From: Phycisphaerales bacterium
Lineage (GTDB): Bacteria > Planctomycetota > Phycisphaerae > WQYP01
Length of the DNA: 64,000 nucleotides
Reading direction: 5' to 3'
Assembly (NCBI GenBank): GCA_027451365.1
Contig: DAIDJN010000026.1
Span: 31,404 to 95,403, forward strand
The notes below the pieces were generated by a model. It worked only from the letters and a program-made list of their open reading frames with translations. It was not told the origin of the DNA and did no database searches. Shown here one piece after another: positions 40,331-49,439 of this stretch. The number at the start of each line of letters is the position of its first letter. The first letter of the stretch is position 1. The position numbers were made by a program, and so were the translations under genes.

Positions 40331-41377
40331 ATGAACACGAGCAACCGTCGAACCGTGGCGCAAGAGTTTTTTTCTACCATCTCGGCCACCCGCGGCACCC
40401 AACGTGCTGGCGGTTTTACGCTAATTGAATTGCTGGTTGTGATTTCAATTATTGCGCTTCTTATTTCGCTGCTTCTGCCCGCATTGGCCACGGCTAAACG
40501 ACAGGCTGAAACCGTGGCATGTTCCAGCAATGAACGCCAGCTTGTGATTACGCTTCAGGAATATGTGCAAACAAACGACGGGTTCTTCCCGCTTAACGGC
40601 ATTCTGTTCCCGCATCCGGCAAGATATGCGCCATACAAGGGTGCGGGGGCATCTGATCCGCAAGATGCCGCCACTGCTCAAATCTGGAACAATACCCAAG
40701 ACTGGAAACTGACCTTCGGCGCGCTGTACCCGTTCCTCAGCAAAACACCCATGGGTCAATATGCCGCCGCGGCGGGAGGGACCAGTGGCGGAAGCGGATC
40801 GGGAACTGGCGGGACCGCAGCCGGTTCCACACCGCCAAGTCTAAATCCGGCGGTAAATTCCTTCGCCAGAATTTTCATGTGCCCGGCCGACTTGGGAAAC
40901 CGCACCAATCCTCAGGCCCTTACCATGTCCAGCAATTGGCAGACCGTGCAAGTGGGGCCGCAAGGCAGCGGCGGGTATTGGAGCTATTCGATCAATTCCC
41001 TTCTGAACTCGCAATCGGGAACGCTGACGGCTATTTTCGGCTCCAATCCAGATGGCACACCCGCCACACCGTGGGGTTACCCCATGCGGGCGGCCACGAT
41101 CACCAATCCAAAATTCGCGGTATTTCTTGAAGAATCCGCCACTAAATCGTCATTCAATGATGAAGTGCTTGACCCGCCGGCGTTTAATCCGACGGACAAA
41201 CTCACCACCCGACATGAAGGCGGCGGCAACATTGGCTTCTGGGATGGCCATGTGGAACTGGTCCCCGGCGCGGAATACAATAACGTTCCGCAGGTGGGCC
41301 AGGGCGCGGGTACGGTTACCGCAGATATCGCCATGGAACAGCCGGTCGTTCGCTGGTTCTTCCCCAACGGCCAATAA
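40331..41377 (+). CDS. DUF1559-type prepilin-like protein (type II secretion N-terminal cleavage/methylation motif, H-X9-DG C-terminal motif)
   Basis: GFTLIELLVVISIIALLISLLLPAL and the C-terminal HEGGGNIGFWDGHV. The ORF is open from 40160. ATG 40331 has GGAGAG upstream; ATGs at 40307 and 40319 are also possible. Confidence 0.85.
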   Translation: MNTSNRRTVAQEFFSTISATRGTQRAGGFTLIELLVVISIIALLISLLLPALATAKRQAETVACSSNERQLVITLQEYVQTNDGFFPLNGILFPHPARYAPYKGAGASDPQDAATAQIWNNTQDWKLTFGALYPFLSKTPMGQYAAAAGGTSGGSGSGTGGTAAGSTPPSLNPAVNSFARIFMCPADLGNRTNPQALTMSSNWQTVQVGPQGSGGYWSYSINSLLNSQSGTLTAIFGSNPDGTPATPWGYPMRAATITNPKFAVFLEESATKSSFNDEVLDPPAFNPTDKLTTRHEGGGNIGFWDGHVELVPGAEYNNVPQVGQGAGTVTADIAMEQPVVRWFFPNGQ

Positions 41378-41802
41378 CCGCTCGGGCAACTGCGGTATAT
41401 CCGCATGAATAAAAACTGCGCGACCAACGGGCGCGGATTATTCATCGGTGCCCCGCGCATACAAAGGGCGCACCGTCCTTTCGCAGAGCCAACAGTCAGC
41501 TTGACAGCCAATATTTTTTAAGCCGCCGAGCGCTGTCACAACAGTATGTCAGGGTTGACCAGTAATCCCGGCGTTTCCAAGTGTGTCATTTGTGAAACAG
41601 TTTTCATAAAATTTTGCCGCGACAAACCACTGGTCCCATAATAAGTCGCTTTTACACCATCTACTAAGCAGAAGCCCGCGCCCACCAGACGCTGTCAGAT
41701 AATATTGCCCGCCCCGGTATCCGAAGGCCAGATTGATTTGCTATAATATACTTACCTTCACTTAAGTTGTCGAAAGTTTCTGGCGATGCGGAGTACATAA
41801 CG

Positions 41803-43227
41803 ATGGCGGATAAAATTTCCCACTTATTTTTGGGTTGCGGTAAATTGTTGCCCCCTGCGGCCGTGCTGCTACTTGCCGCTCTCCCGGCAGCCGCCTTCGC
41901 CGATACGCTCAACATTAACGGTGTTCTGCCCGCGGCGGCGGATCAACCGCAAATCAACGCGGTCCTGAGATCCACCGCCAACGGCCCGGATCTTACGACA
42001 TCAGGCGGATATTATACCATTCAAGCCTTTCTGGATTCCGGTACCAGCGGCATTCTGCTGTCCAACAGCACCTGGAACGCATTGGGCCTGGGAACCAGCA
42101 CAGCGAGTGGCTCCAGCGCATCGCCGGTGGTTTTTCATGATGTCGCCATCGGCGGAACCAATCCCTACTACGTTTCGACGCCTTATTATCTGGCGACAGC
42201 ACCTTTCAGTATAAATACCGATCAGAATCTGGGTGGAACGCCGCCACCACAAAACGCCTTCGGCAACACCATTGGCCCGGTGCAACTGGAACTTAGCGAA
42301 TCGCCTAATCCACTAAGCTACCTGACGGGTCCAATTGACATCATGGGGGCACCGGTGATGCAGGGCAATGTAACGGTTATGGATATCGGCCCAGCCAATA
42401 ATTTTGCCAGCCTCACCAATCCGGGCGAAACTCAAACCTATATTTACAGCCCCAACACGCTGTACGCGCCTGCCACAATTAACACCAATCCGGGGATTGT
42501 ACCCACGAAATATCATGTGCAGATGAGTTACGCCTCATTCGCACAATTCACTTCCACCACCCCCACCGGTGCCACCGGTCCAACACTGGCTGATAACCCG
42601 TTTATTGGAGCCAACCCTGTTGCGGCCTTTAACGGTACACCACAGGCCAACAGTCCCCCCGGAGTTACGATTGCCTTTAACGGAAAAAGCGCCACTGGCA
42701 GCTTCCTTTTTGACACCGGCGCGGCGGCCTCTTTTATCTCTCAGGCCATGGCTGCCAAGCTCGGTGTCGCCTATACCGCCGGCACTTATGAAAGCAACAA
42801 CCCCTCCCTTATTTCCACTGTCACCGGCCAACCATTGGCCAATCAATTCACTATTTCTGTTTCCGGCGCTGGCGGAGCGCTGGTCACCGCAGCTGGCTTT
42901 TACCTGGATTCTCTTTCGCTGCAAACCACAGAAGGCACCACTATTTCCTTCAACAGCGCACCAGTTCTGGTGCAGGATGTCACCGTCACGGATCCAACCA
43001 CCCTTAAATCCCTCACCTTGGATGGCGATCTGGGCATGAACTTTTTTGAACCCAGTTCCACCACCGACTTAAGCCAGATCAACGCCGCGCCCTTTAACTG
43101 GGTCACCATCGACCAGCCCAACGGCCTACTCGGACTGACGCCCGTTCCGGAACCGGCATCCGCACTTTTACTCATCGGCCTTGTGCCGCTGCTGCGCCGG
43201 AGAGCATTCCAGAAAATGCCCCGCTGA
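41803..43227 (+). CDS. PEP-CTERM protein with two retropepsin-like (D-S/T-G) aspartic protease-like domains
   Basis: Signal peptide LLPPAAVLLLAALPAAAFA. AFLDSGTSGILLSNSTWNALGL ... IDIMGAPVM in the first half. FLFDTGAAASFISQAMAAKLGV ... LDGDLGMNFF ... VTIDQPNGLLGL in the second half. C-terminus VPEPASALLLIGLVPLLRRRA. Confidence 0.7.
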   Translation: MADKISHLFLGCGKLLPPAAVLLLAALPAAAFADTLNINGVLPAAADQPQINAVLRSTANGPDLTTSGGYYTIQAFLDSGTSGILLSNSTWNALGLGTSTASGSSASPVVFHDVAIGGTNPYYVSTPYYLATAPFSINTDQNLGGTPPPQNAFGNTIGPVQLELSESPNPLSYLTGPIDIMGAPVMQGNVTVMDIGPANNFASLTNPGETQTYIYSPNTLYAPATINTNPGIVPTKYHVQMSYASFAQFTSTTPTGATGPTLADNPFIGANPVAAFNGTPQANSPPGVTIAFNGKSATGSFLFDTGAAASFISQAMAAKLGVAYTAGTYESNNPSLISTVTGQPLANQFTISVSGAGGALVTAAGFYLDSLSLQTTEGTTISFNSAPVLVQDVTVTDPTTLKSLTLDGDLGMNFFEPSSTTDLSQINAAPFNWVTIDQPNGLLGLTPVPEPASALLLIGLVPLLRRRAFQKMPR

Positions 43228-43325
43228 TTCCGCACATGATGTCGCAGGGCCGATTGGTCGCGTCCTTGAACTTAGCCCGTAAATCCTTTCAGGACCGGCG
43301 GAACCGGCCCAAGGCTCAAATCCTC

Positions 43326-43355
43326 CGCCGTGCCCCTGTCCATCGGGGCACGGCG
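43326..43355 (+). terminator. GC-rich hairpin downstream of the PEP-CTERM protease-like gene
   Basis: 11-bp perfect stem (43326-43336 pairs with 43345-43355) with an 8-nt loop. No U tract follows. Confidence 0.4.
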
Positions 43356-43431
43356 CGTTCGATTCCCAAAGCAGTCAGCGGTATACTTATTTAAACCTGA
43401 TTCAGGTTAAATTCCGGAAAGGACCCGCTTC

Positions 43432-43992
43432 ATGGCTGACATGACACCGCAACCCGTTAACCCCAACGATGAATATGACCTGACGCCGCCGTCGGCGGCA
43501 AGCTCAACTGTCCAGCCCGCAACTGCGTCCGGGCCGGCCACATCGCCAGCGGCGGACCGCAATGTGCGGCAAACCGCATCGGCCCCCGCCGGAGACCCCA
43601 ATGCTGCCGAAACCGCCGCCAAAGCGGAAGCCGCCGCGGCCGCGGCGCTGGCAGATGCGGAAGACATTCGTGAAAACAGGGCACTTGCATCCGTGGCCTA
43701 CATGGGGCCGCTGGTTCTGGTGCCGCTGATTTTTGGCCGTACATCGCCATTTGTACGGCATCATACCAATCAGGGATTTCTTCTGTTTGTGGCGGAAATA
43801 TTTGTCTGGGCGGCGTTGCAGGCGCTGGCCATTCCCGCTCTGGTTATTCCGCCGTTGCCGCCATTACTGGGCCTGACGGCGTTTGTGGCATGGATCGCAT
43901 TTTTTGTATTTTCACTTCGCGGTCTGGCGAGTGCACTTAATGGGCATCGCAGCGAAGTGCCCATCATTGGAATTCATAAAGTGGTCGAATGA
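43432..43992 (+). CDS. DUF4870-like membrane protein with a low-complexity N-terminus
   Basis: 186 aa. ALASVAYMGPLVLVPLIFGRTSPFVRHHTNQGFLLFVAEIF and further TM helices. Confidence 0.6.
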   Translation: MADMTPQPVNPNDEYDLTPPSAASSTVQPATASGPATSPAADRNVRQTASAPAGDPNAAETAAKAEAAAAAALADAEDIRENRALASVAYMGPLVLVPLIFGRTSPFVRHHTNQGFLLFVAEIFVWAALQALAIPALVIPPLPPLLGLTAFVAWIAFFVFSLRGLASALNGHRSEVPIIGIHKVVE

Positions 43993-44040
43993 TCCCATCG
44001 CGGCAATTCGGTTTCACCGCCCGCCAGGAGGCTAAACACC

Positions 44041-45048
44041 GTGCCCCCCCATCACTGGTTTGATTGCCACCTGGACTTGGCCTATCTGGCCCAGAATGGC
44101 CGCGATATGCTGCGCGAACCACCCGGTCCCGATGCTCCCGGCGGGCCGGGCGCCGTCACGCTCAGGTCCCTTCGGCTTGGAGGCGTGACCCGCGCGGCGG
44201 CCACCATTTTTGTGCAGCGGCGCGGGCCGGATGCTGACGGCCAGAATGTGGATGGACCATGGTGCTGGTCAGATCCTGATGAAGCCCATCGCGTGAGTCT
44301 GGCCCAATTCGATATTTACGACAACTGGCGAACACATAATTATATTTATATACCAAAACTTGATCGCCACGCCGCGCCCCTGGAAATACTGATTTTAATT
44401 GAAGGCGCAGCGGGAATCCGCTCTGTTGACGACCTGCAGCTGTTTTACCGCCGCGGCGCCCGGCTGCTGGCACTGACCTGGGTGGATGGCACCCGCTGGG
44501 CGGGCGGTGATCAATCCGGTGGCGACATCACCGCGGAGGGCCGCGGCCTGATTGCCGCGGCCGACGACCTGGCCATGGTACATGATGCTTCACATTTGTC
44601 CGAGGCGGCCTTCTGGACGCTATTGGCCACCGCACGGCGACCCGTTATTGCGTCGCACAGCAATTGCCGATCATTGCTGCCCGGGAAAAAACATCCCGAG
44701 CGGCATCTATCAGACCCGCAAATTCAGGCACTGGCCAGCGCGGGCGGAATGATCGGACTGAATTTGTTCAGCAATTTCCTGGCATCCGGCCGCCCTGCCA
44801 CCTTGGCCGACGCGATCGCCCATTTGCAGCATATTGTCGAACTTACGGGCCGAACAGATATCATCGGTCTGGGGTCGGATATGGACGGCGGATTCACCGC
44901 GGATAAGTTGCCCGCGCCGCTGCGCCGGCCAGCGGACCTTGAACTCCTGACTGACGCATTGCATGCAGTTGGCTTTTCCGATGAGCATATCCGGGGCTTC
45001 CGGCACGAAAACTGGGAACGCTTTTTTACTGGTGCCGGTCTTATTTAA
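44041..45048 (+). CDS. Membrane dipeptidase (peptidase M19 family)
   Basis: 335 aa. FDCHLDLAY, LLALTWVDGTRWAGG, VHDASHLSE, ASHSNCRSL...RHLSD and GLGSDMDGG are M19-like. GTG start. Confidence 0.75.
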   Translation: MPPHHWFDCHLDLAYLAQNGRDMLREPPGPDAPGGPGAVTLRSLRLGGVTRAAATIFVQRRGPDADGQNVDGPWCWSDPDEAHRVSLAQFDIYDNWRTHNYIYIPKLDRHAAPLEILILIEGAAGIRSVDDLQLFYRRGARLLALTWVDGTRWAGGDQSGGDITAEGRGLIAAADDLAMVHDASHLSEAAFWTLLATARRPVIASHSNCRSLLPGKKHPERHLSDPQIQALASAGGMIGLNLFSNFLASGRPATLADAIAHLQHIVELTGRTDIIGLGSDMDGGFTADKLPAPLRRPADLELLTDALHAVGFSDEHIRGFRHENWERFFTGAGLI

Positions 45049-45253
45049 TGCCGCGCCAGTTTACCAGCGGCCACGGCCCGGTTTATTTAACGCGCGGTCC
45101 TGAATTCGGCGATCTTGAGCAATCTTGAGCAATCGTGCGCAAACCATGTTGCCGCGGTACCGGGCGTCCATTTCTCCCAGGGCCAAATGGCCAAGCCGCG
45201 GAAACTACTGCGTCAATCAAGTCCCCTTGCTTCAGGCCGATGAACGCAATGGC

Positions 45254-46078
45254 TTATGGCGTTGGAATCGGCAAAGGCGGCAATTGCTCGGCCTGGCGTA
45301 CTTTGTTGGTCCGTGCAAAAACACCCGGCACTTTGGCTGCGGCGACAATCGCGACATGCCCGTCACCAAAAATGATGCTCATATCTGTACCCATTAAACG
45401 CAAATGGGGTCTTGAATACATCACAATATCCCAAGCCCCGGCGTTACTTGTCATCCCCTTGCCGACATACACAAAATCGGAATGGCCGCTCAAATGGCGG
45501 CGTATCCAATTGACATCGGTCGCATCTCCAGACGGTATCACCAGTGGCGGACGCCCGTCTAAGGGAGAAACCAGATTGATCGGCCGAATTTTATCGGTGG
45601 CCAAAAGTGTGGCCATATCCGGCGGGAATTGCGCATTATGATTCTGCGCATACAGAATACACTGTTGCCAAATGCCCCTCTCATCGGCCATGAGGAACGC
45701 CTTGGTGGCGAGGGTCTTGGCTCGCGCCAGCGACGGTATCAAAATAGCCAGCAGCAGCCCCCACAGCACCACCCCCGCCACGCCGACCACGGCTCCCGCG
45801 ATGGCTGTGCCGCGCGGCTCTTTGCGCAAGCCAAACAGACTCAGAATGAGGCCTGGCAATAGGAAAATAATTGTAAATAATCCCAGCACCGAACAGATCA
45901 ACCCGATGATGCCCAGTGTGTTACCCCTGGCCGGTTGCGGAGCGGCCGAGCCAAATCGGGGAGCCGACGCCTGCACGGTGGCGCTGGCGGCACAACGTGG
46001 ACAAATGACCGCAGCGCCAACTGGCGGCGGCGGACCAGCGGGTGTAAATTCTTTACCGCAACCGGCACAGGTAACCAT
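45254..46078 (-). CDS. Zinc-ribbon / DUF4190-like / pilin-like fusion membrane protein
   Basis: 274 aa. N-terminal CAGCGK...CPRC. Two TM helices (GIIGLICSVLGLFTIIFLLPGLILSLFGL, AIAGAVVGVAGVVLWGLLLAILIP). Pilin-helix-like SLARAKTLATKAF. C-terminal IIFGDGHV. Confidence 0.6.
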   Translation of the reverse strand: MVTCAGCGKEFTPAGPPPPVGAAVICPRCAASATVQASAPRFGSAAPQPARGNTLGIIGLICSVLGLFTIIFLLPGLILSLFGLRKEPRGTAIAGAVVGVAGVVLWGLLLAILIPSLARAKTLATKAFLMADERGIWQQCILYAQNHNAQFPPDMATLLATDKIRPINLVSPLDGRPPLVIPSGDATDVNWIRRHLSGHSDFVYVGKGMTSNAGAWDIVMYSRPHLRLMGTDMSIIFGDGHVAIVAAAKVPGVFARTNKVRQAEQLPPLPIPTP

Positions 46079-46147
46079 GTGTTGTCTCCAGAAAAAGGCG
46101 TTACCGAGTCCACCATCCAGCCGGACACACGTTCGGCATGAAGAAAG

Positions 46148-46906
46148 CTACTTCAATGGCGCGTCCGATTCGGGTTCCCGGACCGGGCGAATATCGTGTG
46201 GCTGAATGCCCAGCATCTGCAACAGGTTCTGTTCGTTGTAATGCGTCGAAATTTTTCCATAATAAATCAGGGCCGCCACCGACGCGGCACCGGCAAACAG
46301 GCCTGAAACGTGAGCCAGATGGTCAATTGAACCACCACCACTCAAAAGGCCGAGCAGGTCCATCGCCAGAAAGAATAGAATGACCCAGTAGCAGGCCAGA
46401 TTTTTTTCGCCGAACTTGATAATGAACACATAAAAGCACCTGGCTTCGTTCAGCGGATAGAGTATCAGGAACGCTCCCATGATGCCCATAATTGCGCCCG
46501 AAGCCCCCAGTGTCGCCATAGGCGGCCCAAGCAGCAACGATACAATATTGGCAAAAATACCGGTGCCAAAATAAATCGCCAGAAAACCCAGATGTCCAAG
46601 TCGTGCATTGACAGCATTGCCGAAGAGCCACAAAAAGAACATGTTGCCCAGCAAATGCAGCCAGCCCTCATGCACAAATATCGCCCCCACCAATTGTGTC
46701 GGGCGGAAATGGCCCGGTTCAAGAATCAGATCATCAATGACATGGCCGGGCTGATCGCCGGCATATTGGCCCACAATTTCGCCATGGGAAATAGTGAAGT
46801 TAAATGATGCCCTTTGTTCCCAGCGCCGCAATGATGGGAACAAAGACACACTGATCAGACAGGTCAGCAGAATCAGCGCCCAGTTGGCCAGCGGCCAGCG
46901 GTGCAT
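46148..46906 (-). CDS. Rhomboid-family intramembrane serine protease
   Basis: Motifs HEGWLHLLGNMFFLWLFG, GASGAIMG and a later His (IDHLAHVSG). ATG 46906 chosen; the longest ORF begins at GTG 46918. Confidence 0.88.
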   Translation of the reverse strand: MHRWPLANWALILLTCLISVSLFPSLRRWEQRASFNFTISHGEIVGQYAGDQPGHVIDDLILEPGHFRPTQLVGAIFVHEGWLHLLGNMFFLWLFGNAVNARLGHLGFLAIYFGTGIFANIVSLLLGPPMATLGASGAIMGIMGAFLILYPLNEARCFYVFIIKFGEKNLACYWVILFFLAMDLLGLLSGGGSIDHLAHVSGLFAGAASVAALIYYGKISTHYNEQNLLQMLGIQPHDIRPVREPESDAPLK

Positions 46907-47090
46907 GGGAACGTCCACCAGAAATGGCAGGAACAGAAAAATTGTGAGGCTCCAACTTCCGCGTCTTAGGTTTCAACAGTCAAAAGGAACCGAGACTGTA
47001 CTCTTACGGATGCAATGTCACAAGCCATGGATCTGAAATTGCGATAAAGCCGCCCCGCCCGATGTGGCGAGTGCCGTCAATCCAGTTTTC

Positions 47091-47129
47091 GATCCATGTA
47101 AATCATCCATGTGAATGATCCATGTGCCC
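47091..47129. repeat. 13-bp tandem repeat x3 (core ATCCATGT)
   Basis: Units gatccatgtaaat / catccatgtgaat / gatccatgtgccc. Cores start at 47092, 47105 and 47118, an exact 13-bp period. The array lies about 185-215 nt upstream of the rhomboid start. Confidence 0.9.
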
Positions 47130-47243
47130 CCGTGTTATACCCCGCATCATTGCCTAAGCGCAGGCCAACCCCTGGCAGCGAAACTGGTACTGAACTTTTC
47201 GGCTCTCCCCGCTCCCTCCATCTGGTAAGGAACGGGCGACGTG

Positions 47244-47846
47244 TCAGGCCCCGACCACATCAGGCCCGGCGTGTTTTGCCGCCATACCCACATGCGCCTG
47301 GGGCGCATGTTGTTCAGCCACGGCCGGGACCGGTGAATGCACTTCATAAAGCAGAAAATCGTGAGTGCCGACACGGGCTATAAGCACCAGGACCTCAGGC
47401 GACGTATCCATATGCCGGGCCGCATGAATTTTAACCGCACGGCTGGCCCCGTTTTTGTGCAGCATGTCCACGGAAATCAGCGATTCATGGCCGGTGGCCT
47501 CATGACGCAGGGGCTGGCGAAACGCCCGGGAAACCATCCGGTAGAGTTCGTCTAAACTGTGAATGTGATGGGCATCCCGCGATGCACTGGATATACCCAG
47601 AACCCGCATCGCTTCAGGAGCGTCGAGACGCGGCGCGGTATCCACCGCATGATGTAATTTCTGGTGGAATCGGGCCACACATGCCCCAAAGGTTTCCCCC
47701 ATCACCTGGGCGTCGGGAATGTGCACTTTCTTGCCGCAGGCCGAACAGGTAACTGGCCGGCGCAACAGGCTTTTAAGGGCTTCCGTAACGCCCGAAGACT
47801 GCATGGGGGCCAGACAATGCACACAGCGTGGGAAATGGGTTTCCAT
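47244..47846 (-). CDS. Hypothetical zinc-ribbon protein
   Basis: ORF 47244..47933. ATG 47846 (METHFPRCVHC...CSACGK) has GGAG about 9 nt upstream. No further motif recognised. Confidence 0.45.
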   Translation of the reverse strand: METHFPRCVHCLAPMQSSGVTEALKSLLRRPVTCSACGKKVHIPDAQVMGETFGACVARFHQKLHHAVDTAPRLDAPEAMRVLGISSASRDAHHIHSLDELYRMVSRAFRQPLRHEATGHESLISVDMLHKNGASRAVKIHAARHMDTSPEVLVLIARVGTHDFLLYEVHSPVPAVAEQHAPQAHVGMAAKHAGPDVVGA

Positions 47847-48220
47847 GATGCCAACTCCTGCAATTCCTGTTTGACCATCTCTCCCGTAGGCAATTTGAAT
47901 CGGTTGCCACGTCGGATGATGTCTTGAATCCACAAGACACCCAATATTTACTTTTTTTACAGGCGCGCCAGTTTTTCAGATACGGCAGAGTTGCAAAAAC
48001 GCGCCCGAGCGAGCTTCCGTCTAAACATATCCTACATCATGGTTCATGGCATTTCAAGCTACACAACTATAAAAAAGGGAATGCCGACCGCCACCCGACG
48101 CTGTTGGGAAATAGAATCTTCTATTATCGGCAGCAGACGATAAGCCGCCGAAGGGCAGCGCCAGCCATAACGCCATTCAACAGTCAATTCCCAGGTTAAT
48201 TGGGTTCGAAAATGCCCCTT

Positions 48221-48544
48221 TCAGCCCGGTCCGCTCCATTTCCAATCCACATGTGGGGCCTTGGTCATGGCCTTGGCCGCCTGATACAAGCATTCCTGGC
48301 ACACCAGAACATCCAGCCGGTCCGGATGGGACCAGCGGTCCATGGAAGCCGGCAAGTTGATCCGCAGGCAAAGCGTACAGGCATATTTTCCATCCAGCGA
48401 CCGCTTTTCCCGCAATGCCCGCTCCAGGCATGGCAGGCAGATTGCCGAACCATGGTGTCCTTCCACCATGGCGGATTGCCCATCCCATTCGCCGTGGCAA
48501 AAATCGCAACAAATGACAATTTCCGTGCCCACGGGCTTTTGCAT
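48221..48544 (-). CDS. Hypothetical protein with two ClpX-type-like C4 zinc ribbons
   Basis: ATG 48544 has GGAGAG 7 nt upstream. CDFCHGEW...SAICLPCLERA and CTLCLRI...LVCQECLYQA. Confidence 0.5.
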   Translation of the reverse strand: MQKPVGTEIVICCDFCHGEWDGQSAMVEGHHGSAICLPCLERALREKRSLDGKYACTLCLRINLPASMDRWSHPDRLDVLVCQECLYQAAKAMTKAPHVDWKWSGPG

Positions 48545-48753
48545 GGCAAAGCTCTCCAAAAAATGATCGTCTGCCTTCCCGGCTGTATTCAGACCGGAAG
48601 GCCTCACGAATGAAAACGGTTACCCGCCGGTGGCGTTACTCCGGTACCGCAGATGGCAGCCGCTTGGCAGCCACTGATTGGTAAGTGTATGGCATCACAC
48701 TCAAATTACCTGTATTATACCTTGATTGTTCAATGCGAGAGGAACTTATATCC

Positions 48754-49161
48754 ATGGCCGAATCAACCTTTCAGGCATCTATTGTAACCCCCGAATCCGT
48801 ATTGCTGGAAACCCAGGCAAATTTTGCCGTGGTCCCGGCTGACGACGGCCTGCTTGGGGTACTGACACACCATGCCCCGTTTATTACACGAATGAAACCG
48901 GGCGTTCTAAAGCTCACAAGTCCCGATGGCGTTTACCGGTTTGCCGTCACCGGTGGTTACGCCCAGATGCAGGACAATATCCTAACCGTGCTGACTGATG
49001 ACGCAATTGCTGAATCCGCCGTCAACCCTGAACTAATTTCCGCCGAAGATGCCAAGGCTCAGGCCATGCCATCGGAAACCGATCTACAAACGCGCAAGCG
49101 AAAAGCGGCCCTTGCACGGGTGGAGGCCCTGCGAGCATTGGCCGCCATCGGTGATGAATAG
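48754..49161 (+). CDS. atpC: F0F1 ATP synthase epsilon subunit
   Basis: 135 aa. FQASIVTPESVLLETQANFAVVPADDGLLGVLTHHAPFITRMKPGVLKL, followed by a helical C-terminal domain. The ATG at 48754 has a GAGAGGA sequence upstream. Confidence 0.85.
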   Translation: MAESTFQASIVTPESVLLETQANFAVVPADDGLLGVLTHHAPFITRMKPGVLKLTSPDGVYRFAVTGGYAQMQDNILTVLTDDAIAESAVNPELISAEDAKAQAMPSETDLQTRKRKAALARVEALRALAAIGDE

Positions 49162-49439
49162 CCATCGGTTTGTGCCGTCTGGCCATTAACAGATGCCACG
49201 CAGGGGAAAGGCAACCGAAGAAACGCCATAAGCCGTGAATTTTGCGGCGGATCCGCACTGAGAACTGGCGGCATGGTCGTACTGCTTTGGATGGTTGGCA
49301 GGCATTGCCAGCGGCGCGCGGAAAGGCATTTGGGCGGGCATGTGGGCACATTCACAAACAGTTCTATCGAACCAGACGGTCGGCCGCTCAGGCGTCGCAA
49401 CAAGCACAAAATCTTGCCAGGCACCTGAGTTGACCGCCT

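Noticed and set aside
45112-45131. 10-bp tandem duplication atcttgagca x2 between convergent gene ends
   Set aside because: There are only two copies in a non-regulatory position. It is most simply a slippage duplication.
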